This document shows, piece after piece, positions 10,790 to 19,649 of a stretch of 64,000 nt of DNA. Both the position numbers and the translations under genes were made by a program. Positions within the stretch are counted from its first letter, which is position 1. Each line of letters opens with the position of its first letter. Under the pieces are notes generated by a model. That model worked only from the letters and a program-made list of their open reading frames with translations. It had not been told where the DNA came from and made no database searches. The DNA is from Candidatus Latescibacterota bacterium. GTDB taxonomy: Bacteria; Latescibacterota; UBA2968; UBA8231. Where the stretch lies: positions 736,001 to 800,000 of the forward strand of contig OZ244561.1 in the NCBI GenBank assembly GCA_965217585.1. Direction: 5' to 3'.

Positions 10790-10891
10790 GGCAGATTCAC
10801 CGGGAGATTGAGCGAGAGTATGTGGTTGTGCAGGAGGGGGTCAAGGAACGAAGAGCTTGGGATTTGAATGAACCATAGAGGAGGCAGCACA

Positions 10892-11182
10892 ATGATTCGA
10901 CCGACCGAAGTACACCCACGAGCTGGCTACCACATTTGGCTTCGATATTCAGATGGCGTCACCGGTGAGATAGACCTGTCACATCTTGCCGGAAAGGGCG
11001 TGTTCAAGATTTGGGACGAGCCGGGATATTTCGCGAAGGTGCATATAACTTCCCACAGAGCCATAGCTTGGGACGATGACATCGACCTTTGCGCCGATGC
11101 TCTATACATGGAACTCACAGGTAAATCTGTTGAGGAAGTGATGCCCGGTGTGAAACAGATAATACAGAGCCGCGATGCCTGA
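10892..11182 (+). CDS. DUF2442 family protein (putative antitoxin)
   Basis: IWLRYSDGVTGEIDLS..., IAW.DDIDLCADALY; RBS GAGGAGG before ATG 10892. Confidence 0.8.
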   Translation: MIRPTEVHPRAGYHIWLRYSDGVTGEIDLSHLAGKGVFKIWDEPGYFAKVHITSHRAIAWDDDIDLCADALYMELTGKSVEEVMPGVKQIIQSRDA

Positions 11183-11435
11183 ACTCTGTAGATTTTATGG
11201 CATCAGCATTCGCATTAACTTTCGCGACCACAATCCACCTCATTTTCACGCGCTGTACGGTGAACATGAAGCTGTCATAGACATAAACAGCATCAGCGTG
11301 GTGGAGGGGCAGCTTCCCGCCCGTGCCCGCCGTCTTGTGGTGGAATGGGCATCCCTTCACCAAGACGAACTGATGGCAGCTTGGATGCGTGCGCAGCGTT
11401 CAGAGCCGCCCGGCAGGATCGCACCGTTGGAGTGA
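11175..11435 (+). CDS. DUF4160 family protein (putative toxin)
   Basis: MPELCRFYGISI..NFRDHNPPHFHALYG...LVVEWA..HQDELM..W...PGRIAPL signature. Confidence 0.88.
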   Translation: MPELCRFYGISIRINFRDHNPPHFHALYGEHEAVIDINSISVVEGQLPARARRLVVEWASLHQDELMAAWMRAQRSEPPGRIAPLE

Positions 11436-11511
11436 CGCTATGGTGCTGCGACATGAACCAAGGACAGGAAATCGAACGCGGGCATGCAGGTATGGGTTTA
11501 GTCGAGGATGA

Positions 11512-11589
11512 ATGGTAAGCGAGTGGCGCGAGGTTCCAGTATCCGAAGTCGCGAAACTCACCATCCGCAACTTCAAGCGCTTTGAATAG
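11512..11589 (+). pseudogene. 25-codon chimeric gene remnant
   Basis: Translates MVSEWREVPVSEVAKLTIRNFKRFE*; halves resemble an HsdS-type N-terminus and an ABC/AAA ATPase N-terminus (KLTIRNFKRF). Confidence 0.4.
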
Positions 11590-11610
11590 CTCGCCGGAAG
11601 GGAAAACGCG

Positions 11611-12612
11611 ATGATCCGGTTTATCAAGAAATGGTTCTCACGCAGCACGAACCCGTCATCAAAAGCTGAAAGTGCACCAGCGGACGAGGCGGCGACCGCC
11701 GAGCAAGCGACAGACGCTGACACATCCACGCCCAGCGAACCAACTGCCCCTGCCACAGACGAAGTCGAAATCCAGCGCCGCTTCAACGAATTCGAGCGCC
11801 GTTTCAACGAACGCCAGCGGGAGCTTCTGGATTACCGGGCGAAGTCCATTAGCTGGTGGCTTGCTCTCATAACTATACTCCTTACGTCTTTCGGCGTTAT
11901 TGGAGCCATCATTGGTTACATAGGCTTCAGCAGCCTTAAAGAAATCGAAGCGACGGCTAAAGAGCATGAGGAAGCCGCTAAGAGCTATGTAGAAGAGATT
12001 AAGAAGCACCGAGACAAAGCCGAAGAGATTGTTCTCGCCATGGACGCTCAGACTGTTGCCGATGATCCTACTAAGGCGAGGCAGTTCATTGAGGATGTCC
12101 GCGAAAATCCCAAAGCATCCTCGACAGACAAGGCGATCGCTAAGGCCGTTTCTCTCCAAGACCAAGGAAAGAAAGAAGAAGCCCTCAAGATATGGCGAGG
12201 CATCGCCGATACTTTTGAAGAAGTCGATAGAGAGCTCGCCGCCGGAGCTTGGTTTTCCGTCGGTTATCTACTTGAGCTGGGAAAGCCCGAAGATGCGATT
12301 GCCGCATACGACCAAGCGCTCCGCTTAGAGCCAGATAAAGTCGCAGCCTACAACAATCGCGGCCTTGTAAAGAACTTACTAGGCCGACACGAAGCCGCCA
12401 TCGCCGATTATGACGAGGCAATCCGTTTGAAACCAGACTATGAAAAAGCCTATCTAAACCGAGGCATGGTGAAGATCTCACTGAGCCGAATAGACGAGGC
12501 GCGGCAGGATTTCGAGAAAGCACTCGACTTAGCGCGCAAGGCCGGCAATGACAGCCTCGTCGCCTCGGTAGAGCAGAGGTTGCAAGGCCTCAACAACCGA
12601 GAAGGCGAATGA
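11611..12612 (+). CDS. Membrane-anchored tetratricopeptide repeat protein
   Basis: Hydrophobic segment WWLALITILLTSFGVIGAIIGYIGF, coiled coil, C-terminal TPRs (AYNNRG...AAIADYDEAIRLKPD..KAYLNRG). Confidence 0.85.
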   Translation: MIRFIKKWFSRSTNPSSKAESAPADEAATAEQATDADTSTPSEPTAPATDEVEIQRRFNEFERRFNERQRELLDYRAKSISWWLALITILLTSFGVIGAIIGYIGFSSLKEIEATAKEHEEAAKSYVEEIKKHRDKAEEIVLAMDAQTVADDPTKARQFIEDVRENPKASSTDKAIAKAVSLQDQGKKEEALKIWRGIADTFEEVDRELAAGAWFSVGYLLELGKPEDAIAAYDQALRLEPDKVAAYNNRGLVKNLLGRHEAAIADYDEAIRLKPDYEKAYLNRGMVKISLSRIDEARQDFEKALDLARKAGNDSLVASVEQRLQGLNNREGE

Positions 12613-12625
12613 CTTTTTTCGAGAG

Positions 12626-12850
12626 TCAGCCCCTAGGCGGAAATGGGTCGTTGCCGTAAGAGTTGCGTTCCCGTATGCGGCCATCCCTACCGTGGATGAA
12701 CATTTCGCTACCCTGGTTCTGGGCGATCTCTTGCGCGGCGTCAATAGCCTCGCGCTGAGTGCGGTGAACCGAGCTGGCGCGCTGGCTCCTATCACCCCGA
12801 ACGGCCCATTCACCGTCGTGCGGAACAACGTGCTGATTGCGTTTCGCCAT
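12626..12850 (-). CDS. DUF2188 family protein
   Basis: NQHVVPH.GEWAVR.....RAS..H.TQREAI..A.EIA.NQ.SE..IHGRDGRIRERNSYGNDPFPPRG. Confidence 0.9.
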   Translation of the reverse strand: MAKRNQHVVPHDGEWAVRGDRSQRASSVHRTQREAIDAAQEIAQNQGSEMFIHGRDGRIRERNSYGNDPFPPRG

Positions 12851-12913
12851 ATTACAGTAACCTCCTAATCAGATATTCTTTGCAGACCATCCCTGCAAGG
12901 CTTGATTGATTAT

Positions 12914-12949
12914 GTTTACACTTATAGTATATATTTTAAAAGTGTAAAC
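12914..12949. promoter_or_regulatory. Inverted-repeat operator between divergent DUF2188 and XRE-ImmA genes
   Basis: GTTTACACTT-N16-AAGTGTAAAC perfect 10-bp arms in an AT-rich spacer. Confidence 0.65.
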
Positions 12950-12967
12950 TTCAACATCAGGAGCCAC

Positions 12968-14104
12968 ATGTTCGGAGATCGCCTAAAACTTGCCAGAAAA
13001 AAGTCCGGTTATTCGCTGCGCGGGCTGTCGGATGCACTGGACGGCCACGTCACCGCCCAAGCCATCGGGAAATACGAGCGGGGCGAGATGATGCCGAGTT
13101 CCGACGTCCTAATCCGGTTATCTAAGACTCTTGGCGTGTCCCTTGAATACCTGCTGAGCGAAGAGGTCGAAGAGCTTGAGGCGGTGGAATTTCGGAAGCT
13201 TTCCGGCACGTCGGCTGGCGAAAGAGCGCGGGTGTCGGCTGAAGTGATCGACTGTTTGCAGCGCTATCTGACGATTGAGGAAATCCTAGGCCTAGATAGC
13301 GGGGTATGGAGTGCGCCGCAATCCGGGAATCGTTGCCTCAATCAAGAAGATGACGGCGAAATCGTCGCCGAGGACATTCGTAGAGAATGGAAACTCGGTA
13401 TCGATCCCATCCCGAATATGACCGCCCTGCTTGAGGATTGGGGAATCAAGGTCTTGGTGATCGAATTGCCGGAGCGCGTGTCGGGCTTAACCTGCCTAGT
13501 TCGCAGACAACACCAGAAAGAGAAAGTCCCGGTGATTGTCGTAAACCGAAAAGCCACGCTTGAGAGGCGGCGGTTCACGCTTGCCCACGAGTTGGCACAC
13601 CGGCTAATCGACAAAAACTCTCCAGTGGACCACGAAAAAGCATCGAACGTCTTTGCGGGAGCCTTTCTCATTCCGCGAGATCATCTCGTCAGAGAGATTG
13701 GAGAAGCCCGCAAGGCTATCGGCTACCAAGAACTGATCCAACTCAAGCGGATGTACCGGGTTGGCGCGGCAACGCTGCTCGTGCGCTTCAAGCAGGTAGA
13801 CGTGATCAATGAATCGACGCTCGCCTATGCGTTCCAGACCTTTGCACGCGGATGGCGCTCCAACGAGCCAGAACCGCTGGAGGAGAACGGCGAAGAAGGA
13901 CAGCACGAGGTGCCGCGACGGTTTGAGCGGCTTTGTTATTGGGCGCTGGCCGAGGGCCTCATTTCACCAAGCAAGGCCGGAGAGTTGCTTCAGCAGCCTC
14001 GCCACAAGATCGAGCAGGGATTGAGGGGGCCGGTTGAGGCTGATGCGGCTTCTGACGTTACGCACCCGTCATTCTCGCGCAAGCGGGTTTCACCGCGCCT
14101 TTAG
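12968..14104 (+). CDS. XRE helix-turn-helix fused to ImmA/IrrE (DUF955) metallopeptidase
   Basis: N-terminal HTH (RLKLARKKSGYSLRGL...IGKYERG), RRRFTLAHELAH HExxH motif, EKASNVFAGAFLIP; ATG 12968 follows AGGAG. Confidence 0.92.
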   Translation: MFGDRLKLARKKSGYSLRGLSDALDGHVTAQAIGKYERGEMMPSSDVLIRLSKTLGVSLEYLLSEEVEELEAVEFRKLSGTSAGERARVSAEVIDCLQRYLTIEEILGLDSGVWSAPQSGNRCLNQEDDGEIVAEDIRREWKLGIDPIPNMTALLEDWGIKVLVIELPERVSGLTCLVRRQHQKEKVPVIVVNRKATLERRRFTLAHELAHRLIDKNSPVDHEKASNVFAGAFLIPRDHLVREIGEARKAIGYQELIQLKRMYRVGAATLLVRFKQVDVINESTLAYAFQTFARGWRSNEPEPLEENGEEGQHEVPRRFERLCYWALAEGLISPSKAGELLQQPRHKIEQGLRGPVEADAASDVTHPSFSRKRVSPRL

Positions 14105-14165
14105 GTGACATCCAGTGGGGATCGTCTGCTCCCAAGGGCCAACCCTCCGAATGTTCAGACGGCTT

Positions 14166-15032
14166 CTAAGATATTTCAATGCGTTGGACGACCTCGCGAA
14201 AGAAATCCTGCGACCAAACATCGATGGTTCGCGGGTCGCGCACAAACCGCATCACATCGTCCTGGGCGCGCCCAACATCGAGTTGGTCAACCGCTTGGCG
14301 CAAGAGTTCCATGAGGCGGCCCCGCGTCAAAGGCATCTCGTCCCGATAATCGCCCGACTGCCTCATGCGCTCCTCTAGATGGCTCAGACGCACCTGTGGA
14401 TGACGGCCGACGTACCAGACTAGATCGTACCAGTCCCGCCCCTTGACACGAGTCTGCCACCTCCGGCACAGGATGGCGTGTAGCTTACCAGCGAACAGAT
14501 CGGGCAGGCTATAAACGCGCACCGCAAACGGAATAGGTTGCAGCAGATAGCGGCTCTCGGTCTCAAAGCCGCCGGGTGGGTCGGTGTCCACTTCGAGTTT
14601 GATCCGCAGAGCCGATCCGGGATGCAGGCCGGGGAACCGTTCGGCGTCTGCTTCGATGACGAGCAACTGTTTGAGCGTATGGGCCTTGAGAAAGGCCGAC
14701 TCAATAGCCGTCTGCCGGGTCGGCTCTCTTTGCTCAAACTCGACGCTAAAGCCAAAACTGCCGATCTCGCGCAAGAGGGACTCGCCATATTGCCCAAGCG
14801 AAAATCCCGGGTCGGGTGCCAGCAACGAGAAGTCAATGTCCTCGGAATAGCGATCTAGGCCGTAGAGTACGCGCAGGGCCGTGCCTCCGTAGAAGGCGGC
14901 ATGCTCGAAAAACTTGCTGCGCCAGAGGCCGAGCAACGCCAGTTCCTGTAGTATTTCCCGCAGCGCATTGACGTAATCGTCGCGCGTTTCAGGTGCGTAT
15001 CGGTCGAGCATGGGACGAATGGCCTCATGCAT
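14166..15032 (-). CDS. AbiEii/AbiGii-family nucleotidyltransferase toxin
   Basis: FYGGTALRVLYGLDRYSEDIDFS, KLEVD, AGKLHA, KGRDWYDL. Confidence 0.92.
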   Translation of the reverse strand: MHEAIRPMLDRYAPETRDDYVNALREILQELALLGLWRSKFFEHAAFYGGTALRVLYGLDRYSEDIDFSLLAPDPGFSLGQYGESLLREIGSFGFSVEFEQREPTRQTAIESAFLKAHTLKQLLVIEADAERFPGLHPGSALRIKLEVDTDPPGGFETESRYLLQPIPFAVRVYSLPDLFAGKLHAILCRRWQTRVKGRDWYDLVWYVGRHPQVRLSHLEERMRQSGDYRDEMPLTRGRLMELLRQAVDQLDVGRAQDDVMRFVRDPRTIDVWSQDFFREVVQRIEIS

Positions 15033-15690
15033 GGCTTCGCTCCTTCAGCGTCTGTAGGTAGCGCATGAGCCAATAGAGCTTCCGCGAATCGTAGGCTCTC
15101 GCGATCACCTCGAGGCGGTCGTGGTCGAAGACGGCCAATCGGGCGAGATCCAGCCGCAGGTCGTCCAGCAAATACGAACCGTAGGTCGCCAAGCGAGTCC
15201 CGTCGAAGCGCTTGTCGGCCCATACCTTATCCGCCAGTGCCTTTTCTGGGGAAGCGATCAGGAAGGACAGATCGCCGTGCTCTGCTAGAAGGCCCCCAAC
15301 GGCGTAGCGGCTCTGACTCAGGCGACGGTAGGAGAACATTCCGTAGGGCGTAGTGAAGGTGCGCGACCGCCCCAATGTCACCGAGGTGACTGTCTCGACG
15401 CGTTCCGGTATGAGTCCGTGGTAGCTCAGTGCGTAGTCTAGGCTTATGTAGGAAGGCCCATAGATCAGATTGGCCAGCAGTTCCCGGCTGATGGGTGCTC
15501 GTCGGAGGGACTCGCCAAAGGCGTACAAGCCCTTCCTAATGCGCACGATTTCTCCACTAGCTAACAATCTGCGGATTTTGTCGCGGGGCTTGCTAAACTG
15601 GGACAAACAGGCGACCAGCTGCTGGTAATCGAAGACATCTCGAGCGATCTGCTGTCGCAATGGGGTCGTTTCAAGCATTTTGTACCGCAA
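15025..15690 (-). CDS. AbiEi-like antitoxin/transcriptional regulator
   Basis: IVRIRKGLY, PSYISLDYALSYHGLIPE, IASPEKALAD; overlaps the abiEii start; alternative ATG at 15678. Confidence 0.88.
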   Translation of the reverse strand: MRYKMLETTPLRQQIARDVFDYQQLVACLSQFSKPRDKIRRLLASGEIVRIRKGLYAFGESLRRAPISRELLANLIYGPSYISLDYALSYHGLIPERVETVTSVTLGRSRTFTTPYGMFSYRRLSQSRYAVGGLLAEHGDLSFLIASPEKALADKVWADKRFDGTRLATYGSYLLDDLRLDLARLAVFDHDRLEVIARAYDSRKLYWLMRYLQTLKERSHA

Positions 15691-15702
15691 TAATATACAT
15701 CA

Positions 15703-15752
15703 ATGTCCACAATTAGTGGACATAGTATGCTAAAAATGTGAGGTTCTGTCCA
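15703..15752 (-). promoter_or_regulatory. AbiE promoter with palindromic operator
   Basis: Minus-strand TGGACA-N17-CATACT followed by ATGTCCAC-N5-GTGGACAT palindrome (15703-15723). Confidence 0.7.
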
Positions 15753-15911
15753 ATTTTCTCCGCGCTGCCAGAGGGCACCGTCGAGTCGCTGCTGCCAGCA
15801 TCCCTACCATCTAACCTGCACATCGAGTATTTTTACGTTGAGTAATTGTCCTATACGTTCCCACGCCATAGACCTGCTCTGCCGTCTGCACGAGCCGAGC
15901 TCAGCTAATTC

Positions 15912-16655
15912 ATGTCCGATAACCAAACACCCGACGACCTAATTTGGGGCCGCCACCCCGTACTCGAAGCCCTCCGCGCCGAGCGCCCTCTGCGCCGCCT
16001 GCTCGTCGCCAAGGGTGCGCACGGCCCGGTCATCGACGAAATTTTCGCCCGCGCACGGCAGGCTCACATCCCCTATGATCTGCGCGACAAGGCCCAACTC
16101 GACCGCCTCGCCGGCCCCCACCACCAAAGCGTCGTCGCCTACGCGGCAGCCGCAACGTACGCGGACTTCGAGCACGTGCTCGCCCACCTGCCGACTCCAG
16201 CCCTGCTCCTCTTTCTCGACCAAGTGCAGGATCCCCACAACCTCGGTGCCATCATCCGCAGCGCCCACGCGCTCGGTGCGCAAGGCGTAGTCGTGCCCGC
16301 CCGCGAAGCTGCCGGCCTCTCGCCAGCCGCGCTCAAGGCCGCCGCCGGTGCGGCCCAGCACCTGCCCGTCTGCCGAGTTGACAACTTGCAAAAGGCCCTG
16401 CAAAAGGCCGCGGATTGTGGGCTTTTCATCGCCGGACTCGACGCCCAAGGCGAGCAGCCCTTGACGGCCGCGGACCTTGCCCAGCCCTGCGCCCTAGTCA
16501 TCGGCAGCGAGGGCAAGGGGCTGCGACGCATGGTGCAGAAGCGCTGCGACGCACTCCTGCACATCCCCATGCAGCGCGAGGCCATCGGCTCGCTCAACGC
16601 CTCTGTGGCCGCCGGCATCGCCCTGTACGAAGTACTGCGCCAGCGCCAGCCATGA
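15912..16655 (+). CDS. rlmB: 23S rRNA (Gm2251) methyltransferase
   Basis: GRHPVLEAL, LDQVQDPHNLGAIIRSA, VIGSEGKGLR, SLNASVAAGIALYE (SPOUT). Confidence 0.95.
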   Translation: MSDNQTPDDLIWGRHPVLEALRAERPLRRLLVAKGAHGPVIDEIFARARQAHIPYDLRDKAQLDRLAGPHHQSVVAYAAAATYADFEHVLAHLPTPALLLFLDQVQDPHNLGAIIRSAHALGAQGVVVPAREAAGLSPAALKAAAGAAQHLPVCRVDNLQKALQKAADCGLFIAGLDAQGEQPLTAADLAQPCALVIGSEGKGLRRMVQKRCDALLHIPMQREAIGSLNASVAAGIALYEVLRQRQP

Positions 16656-19096
16656 TCGGCCTGCTGGTCCTCTGCCTGGCCCTCACCCATCCGCGCAGCA
16701 GCGAGGCGTCCCAGACCCAACTGCAACAGGCCCAAGCCCTGCTGACCCAAGCCAAGGGCCAGAACAAAGACCAAGGCTTTGCATACCAAGCCACCTATAT
16801 GAACTACTACGAGGTCGGCGACTCGCTCCTGTTGCAGGGGCAGGCCCGCATCTCGCACAAGGGCGCTGAGTTGGAGGCCGCCGAGATCGTCTTCCGCCGC
16901 GCCCTCGACCAAGTCGAAGCGCGAGCAACCCTCGATTCGCTTGGGCAGGTCATCGGCCGCCCGGTGTTGCGCCAAGGCGACCAAACGCTGCGCGGCGAGC
17001 GCATCCTCTACGACCTCTCCACCGAGCAAGGAACCATCCTCGAAGGCAAGATCCACCGCGACAAGGGATTTTACTCCGGACGCTTGATCCAGACCCGCAG
17101 CGGCACCGAGTTCCACGTCCACCAAGGCTCGTACACCACGTGCGAGGCCGATCACCCGCACTTCGACTTCTACAGCCCGCGGATCAAGGTCTTAGCCGGC
17201 GACATGGCCGTGGCGCGCCCCGTGTATTTCCGCATCAAGGAGCGGCGGCTGTTGTGGATTCCCTTCTATGTATTTTCGCTGCGCGAAGACCGCCAGTCTG
17301 GGCTTTTGACGCCGAGTTTTGGCAACCGCTCCCTTAGATATGGGGCGCGCCAAAGCGAGTGGGAGCTGCGCAACTTGGGCTACTACCTCGCGCCCAACGA
17401 CTATTGGGATCTGTCCCTTGCGGCCGACCTGCGGCAGCGCTCAGGCTGGCTAGGGCGCGCCCGCTTCAACTACACGGCGCGCTACCGATTCAGAGGGAAC
17501 GTCAGCACCCAGCTCGAAAATCGCCAAGATGGCCGCACAGCCTCGCGCAATTGGCGACTAGAATTCAGACACAGCCAAGAGCTAGGGCGCGACGCCAGCC
17601 TGCGGGCCAACGGCACCTTCCAGAGCAACAACAGCTTCGCCCAAGACAACAGCGCCAGCCTCCAAGACCGCCTCAACCGCACCCTGCGCTCCAATCTCAG
17701 CTACACTCGGCGCTGGCGCGGCTCGGGCAATAGCTTGGGCCTAAAAGCGAGCCAGACCAAAAACCTCGACACCGAGACGTTCTCCACCATTCTGCCCGAA
17801 CTCAGCCTGCGCAAGAGCCGCAAGCCGATTTGGGGCCAAGCGCCAAAGGGCTCAAGCCGTCAAAGCCGCCAAAACCTCCCCTGGTACAGTCGCATTTACT
17901 ACGACGGCAACGCCAGTCTGCGCAACACTCGGCGCGGCAGCCGCACGGACACGACCAGCAAAACTAGGGCCCAAGTGGTCTGGCGCGTCAGCGCGCAGTA
18001 CCGCCCCTTCTCTTGGCTCAATCTCAGCCCAGCACTCAACCAAGACTGGCGCGACCAAAATCTGCGCGAGAGCACAACCCGCAGCCGACGCAGCGACCGC
18101 TTCTCGACCCGCGCGGCCCTGAGCCAGACCTTCTACGGCCTTTTCAACCCATCCATCGGCCCGCTCCAAGCCCTGCGCCACGTGCTCAAACCCAGCGTCT
18201 CGTTCAACTATCAAGCCTCCCGCACCGACACCGGCGGCGTCTTGGGCTTTGGCGGCGACGGCAGCCAACTCCAACACCAACGGACATTGAACTTGCGCCT
18301 CGACAACACTTTCTGGGCCAAAGTCCTGCGCGACGAGGAGGAGCACAAAGTGCGCTTAGTCCAGCTCAATTTCGCGACGGCCTATAAATTTGAGCAAAAG
18401 GAAAACCAGCTAGACGACTTGCGGACTACTCTAAGCGTCGAGGCAGGTCGCTACCTAAATTCGCGGCTGACCTTGCGCCACGAATTCTACGACGAGCAAA
18501 ACCGACTGCACCTGTTGGCACCGCGCCGCGAGCAGCTTGAAGTGCGGACCTCGGTTAGCTGGTCGCGGCAGTCGAGGAAGGCGCGCTCGGACGCCGACCG
18601 GACCGATGGTTTCGGAACCTCCAACCGCTACGAACAGAGCAGCTTTGACTCCGCCAGCCGCTACGGACAAAGCAGCTTTGGCACTGCCAGCCGCTACGGC
18701 CGGGAATCCTTCGGCTTTGAAAGCGGCCTCATGCGCGACATCGACAACCGTCGCCGCGGCAGCCGCTTCCAGCTCAGCCACTACATCTCACACCGCCGCG
18801 CCACGACTACTAGTACCATCCGCTCTTGGGTACAGGCCTCGGCCGGCTTTAGCTTGTGGTCGAGCTGGTATTGCAATTATTCGCTCAACTACAACCTGCG
18901 CGCCCCGGGGACGCGGCTGTTGGCCAGCGAGCGCATCACTTCCGAACTGTTGTCCCTACAAAAGGAGTTCCACGACTGGACCGCGACCCTCAACGTGCAA
19001 CCGAGCACCTTCCACAAAAACCGGGCGTTCTTTTTTAAGGTGCAGTTGAAGGACATTCCGCAACTCAAACTCGAGCGCGGCCAGCGGCGCTTCTAG
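16652..19096 (+). CDS. lptD: LPS-assembly protein LptD-like outer-membrane protein
   Basis: Signal peptide, OstA-like jellyroll (GSYTTC..DHPHF), RQSGLLTPSFG, LRNLGYY, beta-barrel-like C-terminus; ATG 16652 overlaps the rlmB stop. Confidence 0.85.
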   Translation: MIGLLVLCLALTHPRSSEASQTQLQQAQALLTQAKGQNKDQGFAYQATYMNYYEVGDSLLLQGQARISHKGAELEAAEIVFRRALDQVEARATLDSLGQVIGRPVLRQGDQTLRGERILYDLSTEQGTILEGKIHRDKGFYSGRLIQTRSGTEFHVHQGSYTTCEADHPHFDFYSPRIKVLAGDMAVARPVYFRIKERRLLWIPFYVFSLREDRQSGLLTPSFGNRSLRYGARQSEWELRNLGYYLAPNDYWDLSLAADLRQRSGWLGRARFNYTARYRFRGNVSTQLENRQDGRTASRNWRLEFRHSQELGRDASLRANGTFQSNNSFAQDNSASLQDRLNRTLRSNLSYTRRWRGSGNSLGLKASQTKNLDTETFSTILPELSLRKSRKPIWGQAPKGSSRQSRQNLPWYSRIYYDGNASLRNTRRGSRTDTTSKTRAQVVWRVSAQYRPFSWLNLSPALNQDWRDQNLRESTTRSRRSDRFSTRAALSQTFYGLFNPSIGPLQALRHVLKPSVSFNYQASRTDTGGVLGFGGDGSQLQHQRTLNLRLDNTFWAKVLRDEEEHKVRLVQLNFATAYKFEQKENQLDDLRTTLSVEAGRYLNSRLTLRHEFYDEQNRLHLLAPRREQLEVRTSVSWSRQSRKARSDADRTDGFGTSNRYEQSSFDSASRYGQSSFGTASRYGRESFGFESGLMRDIDNRRRGSRFQLSHYISHRRATTTSTIRSWVQASAGFSLWSSWYCNYSLNYNLRAPGTRLLASERITSELLSLQKEFHDWTATLNVQPSTFHKNRAFFFKVQLKDIPQLKLERGQRRF
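18621..18715 (+). repeat. Imperfect 33-bp tandem repeat x3 inside lptD (SRYGQSSF-type)
   Basis: CCAACCGCTACGAACAGAGCAGCTTTG.., CCAGCCGCTACGGACAAAGCAGCTTTG.., CCAGCCGCTACGGCCGGGAATCCTTCG. Confidence 0.8.
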
Positions 19097-19101
19097 GGTG
19101 G

Positions 19102-19129
19102 TTGACAGTAGTACGGCGGGGGGTACATT
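19102..19129 (+). promoter_or_regulatory. Putative sigma70 promoter for the dtd-maf-rodZ-priA operon
   Basis: TTGACA-N16-TACATT just after the lptD stop. Confidence 0.45.
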
Positions 19130-19205
19130 TAACTTCTATGACCGATTTCCCTAGCGAGTTTTCCCAGATGCTGACGGCGTCCCCGCTGATCTTGCACTTC
19201 CTCCC

Positions 19206-19649
19206 GTGAAAGTCCTCGTCCAGCGCGTCAGCCACGCTAGCGTCCACGTCGATGGCCAGCTCCGCGGCCAAATCGGCCAGGGCCTGGTCCTGCTCGTCGG
19301 CTTCGGCCCTAGCGACGAGGACCAAGCGCTGCGCTTCTGCGCTGAAAAGTGCGCTCACCTGCGCATCTTCGCCGACGACCAAGGCAAGATGAATCGCTCG
19401 GTGCTCGATGTCGGCGGCGGCGTGCTCGCCATCTCGCAGTTTACCCTGTACGGCGACTGCCGCAAAGGCCGCCGCCCCAGCTTCGTCCAAGCCGCCCCAC
19501 CCGCTGTCGCCCAGCGCCTCTACGAGCGCTTCCTCGACCTTCTCGCCGCACAAGGCTTGCCGCCTCAACAAGGCGTCTTCGGTGCCTACATGCAGGTCGA
19601 AATCCACAACGACGGCCCGGTCACCTTGATGGTGGAGTCGCCAGCGTGA
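19206..19649 (+). CDS. dtd: D-aminoacyl-tRNA deacylase
   Basis: QRVSHASV, LRIF.DDQGKMNRS, SQFTLYGD.RKGRRPSF, NDGPVT. Confidence 0.97.
   Translation: MKVLVQRVSHASVHVDGQLRGQIGQGLVLLVGFGPSDEDQALRFCAEKCAHLRIFADDQGKMNRSVLDVGGGVLAISQFTLYGDCRKGRRPSFVQAAPPAVAQRLYERFLDLLAAQGLPPQQGVFGAYMQVEIHNDGPVTLMVESPA

Noticed and set aside
16415-16651. Upstream extensions of the lptD, cmk, maf, priA, OMF and accC ORFs
   Set aside because: They overlap upstream genes; downstream starts adjacent to the previous stop fit the family N-termini better.
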